Of a stretch of DNA of 64,000 nt, positions 54,329-64,000 are shown in pieces. Both the position numbers and the translations under genes were made by a program. This DNA comes from Chrysomallon squamiferum. Lineage: Eukaryota > Animalia > Mollusca. The notes below the pieces were generated by a model. The model did not search any database. It saw nothing but the letters and a program-made list of their open reading frames with translations, and was not told where the DNA came from. How positions within the stretch are numbered: the first letter of the stretch is position 1; each line of letters opens with the position of its first letter. The stretch is from contig CM022672.1 in NCBI GenBank assembly GCA_012295275.1, positions 33,294,001-33,358,000 on the forward strand, written 5' to 3'.

Positions 54329-55798
54329 TAAATTGAATGGGTGAAGCACGAAACATAACAGACATCACAAAGAAATGAAAAGAAACGTCTGTAGCAGATG
54401 TCACAAAGAAATAAAAAGAGACATTAATATCAGCTACAATAATGTTCCAGAAATTTTTAATTAATCGAAGAATATATTCCACTATTTTGTGTACATATGC
54501 CAGCTAATATTTCTTAAATTGTTTATTTTTTATTTTTCTTCAATTTTCCTATTATTTATGTATTTATTTGTTTATTTGTTTATTTATTTGTTTATTTATT
54601 TGTTTATTTATCTATTAATTTCTTTATTTCTTTGTTTATTTATTCATTTGTTTGTTTATTTATTTATTTTATTATTTTATTTTTTTTTATTTCGCTAATT
54701 CTTAAATATATATATCTATATATATCAATAATTTTATATATTTTTTTTACTGATTTATTGAAATTCAGTGAGATTGCAAATTTACAGTTTTTACTTGATA
54801 TGCGGTTTTCGTTTGCAAGGTAATAATAATGAAGTTTTATGTAAAAAGGATTTAAATTGAAATGTTGTTTTCTTGTTTTAAATGTTTACGTGTAGATAAG
54901 TGTGTTGTTAATTATTATTCTTTCTGTTTGTAACACATTTCTTTTCCTATGTGTAATATGCATGTTGTTGTTTTTTCATTGCTTTTCTTAAATTAAATTA
55001 TTATTGTTTGTTTTCGTGTTTTTAGATATTATTATCTTGTTACAGTTGTTAATAATGCAGTCGCTATTATTTATTTATTTACTTATATTTTAATTTATTT
55101 ATTTGTTTGTTTATTAACTTGTTTATTTATTTGTTTGCTTGCTTAATTATTGTTTTAATAAATCAAATATATATATAAAAAAAAAAAATGATACAGAATG
55201 TTTCAACAACAGCCTACTTAGTCACAATGTGTACAACAGCCTACTTAGTCACAATGTGTACACTATGATATTAAAGTGAAAGTATATTCATTATTGAACA
55301 CTTTTGTTTTTCATTTTATTTATGCTAATGATAGCTAGCATGTAAAAGTGTGATAGTCCCCGCAGTAGCTGTCGCAGCACAGTGAGTAATAGCTGTAGTA
55401 GTCGTTTCAGCAGCAGCACGAGCCACATGATGGCGCAAGACATGCTAGAATTAATTTTGCTTCTATAGAAATATGACATCTTTACTTCGTACCCTTTTGA
55501 ATGTGATGTTATACCAGTAAGAGACAAAGTAGAAAATATATACATTCCGTAAAATAATTACTCTGTTTAGTTTCGAATCCGTGTGTAGTTAAAAACAACT
55601 TTTAATATTTATATAGAACAATAAATAAAATAAAATAAAATAAAACAAAATATGTTTTTTAAGTTAATTATAAGATACTAACGACAGTGGAAAAACACAG
55701 AACGAGAAGGATTCGAGCAGAAAGATTTTGTTTTGGTGATAACCTTGGAGATCTCTCGTGACTGTCAATGCTATAATTATGAAATAAGCAGTTTTAAT

Positions 55799-55842
<44 letters not shown>

Positions 55843-56902
55843 ATTTCTTATTTCTTTTTCCTTGCAGTTTTTTCTTTTTCTCTCGTTTTGTTTATTACAT
55901 AGTTCTTATTTTATTTTATATTTTTGTATTTTTGTTGAGCTTAAATTTTTCTAATTTTTCAAACAAAAGTGTATATTTTCTTTAGGAATATGCTAGTCAT
56001 TCAGTATCTAATATCTGGAATTTCGTTCTGCTAATTTCTATATGGAGATATCATAAACATTAAATACTTTATGTACATATGCTATAAAATGGATAGCAGT
56101 TCTAAATATTTCGGACAGAAACTGGTTTCGTTTAAATTCAAAGTAAACTGTCAGAAATGAGCACGTGGTCATGTATCACGGTGTTAAGTAAGATTTCAGA
56201 TCTGTCAGTGCAGAAAGTTGTTCTTGTAACCAAAACGTAAAACAGAAAATGAAAGAAGCCTCAGAGCCTGCGTCATTCATCCACGCCTGACGTATACACG
56301 CACACACATGTATGTGCTTGTTTGTTTGTTTGTGCGTATGTGTGTGCGTATGTGCGTGTGTGCGTGTGTGTGCGTGTGTGTGTGGCAGTTGTGTCTTATA
56401 ATGAAATACAAAGCACGAAGGGTCGGATATTGTTATTATTATTTTTATTTTCATTTAAAAAGAAATAATAATAATACAAAACCAAAGATAACGATTGAAA
56501 TAGAAATATACCCAATTTATAGAGATAAAACAGCATAATTTGTATAGCTTATAAATATAAGGAATATGCAGTAATTATTAATTTATAATTACATCTATAA
56601 TAATGCTAATAATAATAATAATAATAATAATAACAACAACAGCAACAACAACAACAATAATAAAAATAATAATAAAAATATCAATATTAATAATAATTAG
56701 CGAAATAAATAAATAAATAAACGAGGAAAATGAATATAAATAATTTAAGAAAGATTAGTTTGTATACGAAATCATGGAATACATTCTTCGATTAACTAAA
56801 CATTTCTGGAATACTACTGTAGCTGTTATTCGTGTCTCTTTTTATTTCTTTGAATTTATTCTTGCTTTAATATTTTGGCGTCGCCTCAACAAAGGGAGAT
56901 AA

Positions 56903-57262
56903 TTACACATTTCTGCCGTAGCGAAACAGCTTTGACCCCTTATCATTGCCACTTCGAGGCGGGTACAGTTTACGGCCAAAAGATGCAAATCTCGGCTGAA
57001 TCTGAATTCCGAAAATAGGTCTACCAAATTTTCGTTGTAGAAAACCAGTTCCAGGCTGGTTCGGGTTTTCCATCGAGTTGTGTCCCTTCTTTGGCATCCT
57101 CTTACTGGCTAAAACTTGCATAAAACGCAGGATATCAAGTCGAGGCTGTTCCAGAATGTGGCCGCCATTTCTCTTCACTTTCTGCCAGGAGTAGTTGTTG
57201 TTGCCGTTTGCCATCGTAACCAAGGTGATTATTGCGAAGAACACGAACATTCTGCGAGTCAT
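56903..57262 (-). CDS. RYamide-type precursor copy 5 (119 aa, inverted, diverged)
   Basis: TTTAG|ATG start; signal peptide; ...FLQRK-FGRPIFGIQIQPRFASF-GRK-LYPPRSGNDKGSKLFRY-GR-NV. Confidence 0.9.
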   Translation of the reverse strand: MTRRMFVFFAIITLVTMANGNNNYSWQKVKRNGGHILEQPRLDILRFMQVLASKRMPKKGHNSMENPNQPGTGFLQRKFGRPIFGIQIQPRFASFGRKLYPPRSGNDKGSKLFRYGRNV

Positions 57263-57281
57263 CTAAAATGAAGAAAGAAAT

Positions 57282-57341
<60 letters not shown>

Positions 57342-58079
57342 ATAATAAGTTAGTAAAAAATAAAAAAACGGATGAAGAACAATTTGATTAAAAATTAAAG
57401 TTAGAAGAAAAACAAACGATAGTAAATTATTAAATGGTTAAGTTTTGTCATTTTTCATTTGCCCCCTTTAACTTTTTTAGTATTTTACAGATTTGTAATC
57501 ATTACAGAAAAAAAAAAAAAAAATCTTTCTCGAATCTATAGGTCATTGGAATACATTTTGGTATCTAGTTCACTGATGTTGATACGAGTACTGACAAATT
57601 TATTGTTTACGTGAACTAAAGAGGAACAGTTAGAACAAACACAGGAACACCGTGGTAAATTAGGCCTACTTCACAATTAAAATGAAATAAACTTTATATT
57701 TTACTTTATATTTGACTGCTGTGGATCTTACATTAATGATATTTCAATAATTAACATGTTAAACATAATTATTTAAAATTAGAAAGTCAATGTTGTTTTT
57801 AACTATACGAGTCTCGGTGCGAACAAAATAATATAAATGAGATGAAGCGAGGGCTTAAATAAATGTTGGTCACTCACGGCTACTGTTTTACTATTCACGG
57901 ATACTGTTTTACTATTCATGGCTACTGTTTTACTATTCACGGCTAGTGTTTTACTATTCACGGCGACTGTTTTACTATTCACATTTAGTTGTTTCCAGTA
58001 TTCGTAACAACGTGGTATACATATTTGTTGATAAAATATAATCTTTTCGCGCAATTAACATTTGAAATTGCTATTGCTT

Positions 58080-58151
<72 letters not shown>

Positions 58152-59566
58152 AAACATTCGTGAAGAAAAAATATTATGAAAATGTGTGTGAATATGCTTT
58201 TATATTTGCGTCCACAACACAAGAGATATGTATATATGCACAAAAACGATTTTATATGTGCTTAAATAAGTATGTTAAGAATTTTTTTTTTAAATTTGAA
58301 AAGTAAACTTACCTTGATGAAGATTCAAATTATGATTGATCTAAGGCACTGTTGAGTTGTATTATATGTACTACATAGTTATATCTACGTCATCAATTAT
58401 TTTGGTTTCTATAGAAACAACACACTTTTTTTTTTATAAGTCCTTCCCATATTAATGTTACAAAAAGCGATAGCAGAAAGTCAAAGTGAAAGAATAATTT
58501 TTTTCTTACGTAATTATTTTTAAAATGAGTATAAATGTTTTCAAACTCTTCGTCCACTACACAATAGACATGTATTAGAATATTTATATCCATACAAACT
58601 AATCTGTATGTTTGTAAATAACAATTTTACCACAGTATTCACAAATTTGAAAAGCAAACTTACCTTCACGACAATATAAATTATGTTTGAGCTAAGGGAT
58701 TGTTAATTTGTCTTATGTATCCTGTATAGTTATCTACGTCATCAATTATTTATGTTTCTATAGAAACAACACACTTCGTTTAAAAGTCACGCCTATATTA
58801 AAGTTACAAGAAGCTATAGCAGAAAGTCAGTGAAAGAATAATTTTTTTCTTACGTAATTATTCTGAAGAGTTTTAGCAAACCCTAACCTTTAATAAACTG
58901 TTTAATAAAATGATTATAACTTGAACAAAACGTTCAACAATATCAACAACGACAGCAACAACAACAACAACGACAATTAATAACACGGCGTATACATTTC
59001 TCTTTGGTGATAACTTTGTTGACTACGATGTCAAAGACAAACATTATCTGCAAGGATTCTGGACAATTTTCAGAACTTGTTTTTGATAATATTCATTAAC
59101 TGCAAAAGAGAATATTTAAAATAATAATAATAATTAAAAAAAAAAAAAATGTAATAAGAAATAAAATAACAAAACAAAACAAAAAAAATAAGTACAGATT
59201 CAAATTATCCGAATTAATTAACAGAATATTAAAATAAAAAATATCTATATAAAATTGGAGAAAAAAAGAAATGTAAAAACAAAAAGAAAAATAACAAAAA
59301 AAAAGAAAAAATAAAAGTAGATAAATACAAAATATCTTGTGCAGTTAATTAAATTAACAGAAAAAATGTTAAAATAAAATATTTATCTGTTTTACATAAT
59401 TGGACTAAAGAGAGAGAGAGAGAGAGGAAGAGAGAAAAACAAAATGTTTAATAAGATATACGAAATTAATTAGAAAAAATATAGAAAGTATAGGAAATTA
59501 AAAATATATACCTTCTCTGTCTGTTGTCTGTCTGTCTGTGTCTGTCTCTGGTAGAAAAAATCTCTC

Positions 59567-59660
<94 letters not shown>

Positions 59661-60312
59661 ACTGTTCGAAATAAATATTTTATACAAAATGCAGAACAAT
59701 TTTCAAAGCAAGCTTACCTTGTTAAAACCGGATCACTGTCGGATATTTTATGTACTTTTTCTACGTCATCGGTGATTTTGTTTCCATAGAAACATCACAA
59801 TTTTGCGCACCCAGCCATACTACACCAGAAAATCAAAAAGTAAAATATGCATATATATTCTTGACATAATTATTTTGCAGAGCTTTCAAATCGTATATTA
59901 TAATCTTTAATCATTAGGTGAAAATAATATAACAAAATAAAATAAAAAATGTTTATATCTTTATTGTATATCTAAAACCAGTATAAGCAACAATGACTGA
60001 AATGTTTCTTTGAAAGCGCTATGTTTTGTCTGAGACTTATAGATAAACAGAGTTACATAAATAATAAATACTTACTGCTCATATACATCGGAACAGAGGA
60101 ATAACAGATTTTATACCTATCCAAATCTTAACAGTTATTTAGATTCTAGGATTGAAAAACGGAAGAAGGGAAATGAAAAGAAAGAGAAAGATTGTAATAA
60201 AATCTGTGTATTAAAGGAAAATTTAAAAAGTAGATAAATTAAAAATAAAACTGAGCAGAGCTATGCGTTACATTTCAGAACCATAATATATCTGCCTCTC
60301 TCTCTCTCTGTC

Positions 60313-60413
<101 letters not shown>

Positions 60414-60537
60414 GTCGTCTCTGTCTCTCTCTGTCTCTATCTCTCTCTGTCTCTCTCTGTCTCTGTCTCTCTCTGTCTCTCTCTGTCTCTATCTCTCTCT
60501 GTCTCTCTCTGTCTCTCTCTCTCTCTGTCTGTCTCTC

Positions 60538-60624
<87 letters not shown>

Positions 60625-61419
60625 ATGTCTGTGTCTCTGTCTCTCTGTCTCTATCTCTCTCTGTCTCTCTCCCATCCCTTTTGCCTTCATTATAAGAGCT
60701 CATTACAAATCTATTTAACAGAATAGCTTCTAAGTGCCACATGTTTATATATATGTTTATATGTATTTTTATTGTTTATATGTATTTGTATGTTTATATA
60801 GTTTTATTCAGTTTCATGTCCCTTTGGCATCCATCATATCTCTGTTTTAATCAGAAACATGATTATGTTTTCTTCATTTTATTTCATTTATTCATCATCA
60901 TCATCCTTATCTCTTCCTATAACTCTCTCTGTCTCTCTCATTGTTTATCTTTTTATATAATTATTAATCATTTATTTATTGACTCATTATTATTATTATT
61001 TTTTAAAATAATTGTCGTTATATTGTTTTCTCTTTCAGTGTTCACTTTTGGTGTGTTTGGTATTTCTATGTGAGTCCCTTATCTAAATCAGCTACGTCAA
61101 TACGTCAACTACTACAACAATTACTACTACTATTATTGCACGTGATGCTGCTACTGTTGTTACATCAGCCTCTACTGCTAATGAGAATATAAATATATGA
61201 TACTAAACGTTATGTTATATGCCGGGAGCCGATTAGACAAAAGAAAAGACAAAGACAAAAGAAATTAACAAATAAATATATTTTCACTTTACTGATCAAA
61301 CATTTGTACATATCAGGCTAAACACATATTGTTATTAAATAATTTCTTATTGAAAAGCATTTTGAAACGTTTTGTATTCTATTATCTTTTTGACCGATAC
61401 TTAATAGTTTGAATACTTG

Positions 61420-61523
<104 letters not shown>

Positions 61524-62236
61524 AACAGTACAAAAGACAAATAAATAAATAAATAAATAATAACACTAATAGCTATATTACAAATAGTAACAAGATAATA
61601 TGAGGTTAAAAAAAAGAAGAAAAAACTTAAAAAGAAGAAGAAAATAGGAATGTTTTTTTAAAAAGGACAAGTAATAATAGACATATATGAGTTAAAAAAA
61701 AAGTGTTACAAACAAAAAGAAGAAAGTTGACAAAACAGTTATCTACAGGTAAACCTTTAAACCCAGACACAGCTTAATCTACTACGTTTTTAGGTTAAAC
61801 AAAATAATTCTTAAACATTTTCTTACGTTAAAAACAAATTCACAAGATTATGTAATAAAACTAAAAAGATGGCAATTGCACTAAGTAAGAACGTAAGTAG
61901 GTAAGATTTAAGAGAGAAGCTATATAAATTTGCAAAATAAATAAATAAATAAATAAATAAACGATGAAAATAAAAATGAATCTTTTAAGAAAGATTGGTT
62001 TCGACATGTTTACAAAACCATAGAATATATTCTTCGTTTAATTAGAACATTCTGGAATATAACTGTAATTGTTATTGATGTCGCTTTTTATTTCTTTGGC
62101 GATAACTGTAGCAAACGTGTTTTCATTTGATTGAGGGTGCATTCAACGTTTTAGTCCATTCGACTGGTGAGTTTATTCTCTTTTCGAATAAAAGTAAAAT
62201 TTAACGTTTGGCCGTGCTTCAGGTAAGGGAGATAAT

Positions 62237-62605
62237 TTACACACTTCTGCCGTAGCGAAGCAGAGTTGACCCCTGTTCGCTCCCGGTTTGCGACGGGTAC
62301 AGTTTGCTGCCAAAAGATGCAAATCTCGGCTGAATGGGAATTCCAAGAACGGGCCAGCCAGAGCTTCGTTTCAGAAAACCCGTTTCAGGCTGGGTCCTCG
62401 TGTTTTCCATCGAGTTGTGTCCCTTCCCATCTGGCATCCTGTTCCGGGCTAAAACTCGCAGAACGCGGAGAAAATCAAGTCGAGGCTGTCCCAGTTCGTC
62501 GCGGCCGCCATTTTGATTCGACTTCTGCCAGGAGTAACTGATGTTCCCGTTCGCCATCGTTACCATGGTGATTATTGCGAAGAACACCAATATTAAGCGA
62601 GCCAT
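62237..62605 (-). CDS. RYamide-type precursor copy 6 (122 aa, inverted, diverged)
   Basis: TTTCAG|ATG start; signal peptide; ...FLKR-SSGWPVLGIPIQPRFASFGSKLYPSQTGSEQGSTLLRY-GR-SV, a 38-aa peptide between KR and GR. Confidence 0.92.
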   Translation of the reverse strand: MARLILVFFAIITMVTMANGNISYSWQKSNQNGGRDELGQPRLDFLRVLRVLARNRMPDGKGHNSMENTRTQPETGFLKRSSGWPVLGIPIQPRFASFGSKLYPSQTGSEQGSTLLRYGRSV

Positions 62606-62782
62606 CTGAAAAAAAGAAAAAAAAGATAAATGAATGAATGAATGAATAAAATAGATAAACAGAAAATGAAGAAACAGAGAGTGAGATTTGGAGAGAAATA
62701 TTTATAAGATAGATCGAATAATTCATTGACAGGGACAGATCGATAAATGGACAGATGGTTGTTACACATTTATCAGACATAC

Positions 62783-62847
<65 letters not shown>

Positions 62848-63649
62848 TAATAATTATAATAACAGTAATGATAATGATAATTATAATAACAATAACAACA
62901 ATAACAATAATAAATGTTAACTAATAAAACATCAAATAAAGGAAAAAAGATTAAAATATAAATGATATGAAAGAAAAATTAGAAAAGAAAAGAACAAAAC
63001 TAAAGAGATAGTGAATAGAATGTAAAAAAATATATATATTTGTTTTACTGCTTGCTCAAGCAAACTTAGTAATCAATACAATAATAAAATGAAAACAATG
63101 GTTCTTTCACGAAACTATAGATGATTGTAATACATGATGGCGTATAGTTTACTCAAGCTCATATACGTTCTTGCTTCTGATACATTCACTCTTTACGTAA
63201 CCTATATAGGAAAGGCTAGACACAAAGACATGAACACCATGCTAAATTAGGCCCGATTCGCAATTAAAATGAGAAATAAACTTTATATCAGACTTCAGAT
63301 TTGACTTGTATTAAATCTTACATTAATGATATTTCAATAACTAACATGTTAAACCTAATTATTTAAAATTAGAAACTGTTGTTTTTGACTATACGAATCT
63401 CGGCTCGATTTGACTTGTATTAATCTTGCATTAATGATGTTTCAGTATTTTAACATATACAGAATTATATAAAACTGCATTTCATTAAAATATTGAGGAC
63501 TGAGATATGGAAGAGGCAAACAAAAAATAAAAAATAAATAAAGACCTATATAAAACAAACAAAAATATAAAAAGTAGATAAGTTAAAAAAAAAAGGTACT
63601 TGAGCTATAAAAACATTTCAGAAACAAAACTAATTCACTTATATATGTA

Positions 63650-63770
<121 letters not shown>

Positions 63771-64000
63771 ATGCGGATATGAGTGTATATGTCGGTATCT
63801 GTGTAAATGTCATTCGGTCAAGGTACACAAACTTCGCTTTGTTGTTATATAGGAGTGCAAAGTGATAATCAGCTTCTCCTCTGTGTTTGAAATAACTGTG
63901 AGACAAGCGGGTAAAGATCTAACTGCTAAGACAGTTTGCAACTGAGATAGGTATTAACATTTCTTATGTATGTATATACATATATTATAGATATTTAGGG

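Overview
AT-rich, microsatellite-dense, intron-containing animal genomic DNA. A lophotrochozoan, probably mollusc, origin is inferred from gene content and is not proven. The left half holds four genes: a 3-exon Pin1 gene (minus strand), a broken and exon-scrambled signal-peptide + Cys-rich + Hedgehog-type Hint gene (minus), a 7-exon orphan gene with micro-exons (plus), and a 5-exon IkappaB/cactus-like gene (minus). Decayed transposon remnants follow. The right half (about 33.4-64 kb) is a young array of six paralogous secreted peptide precursors. Each ends in a 37-38 aa PRF(A)SFG...L(L/F)RY-GR peptide, predicted to be an RYamide. Four copies lie in 5-6 kb direct tandem units (one frameshifted, two with stop-codon loss) and two diverged copies are inverted; one of the inverted copies has gained new processing sites. 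Each visible promoter module carries an RFX X-box-like palindrome next to a CRE-like site. A second notable pattern is that three unrelated genes each have an exon-intron junction tandemly amplified into the neighbouring intron, producing arrays of decoy splice sites. All gene models were built by hand from GT-AG sites and reading phase; no database searches were run.
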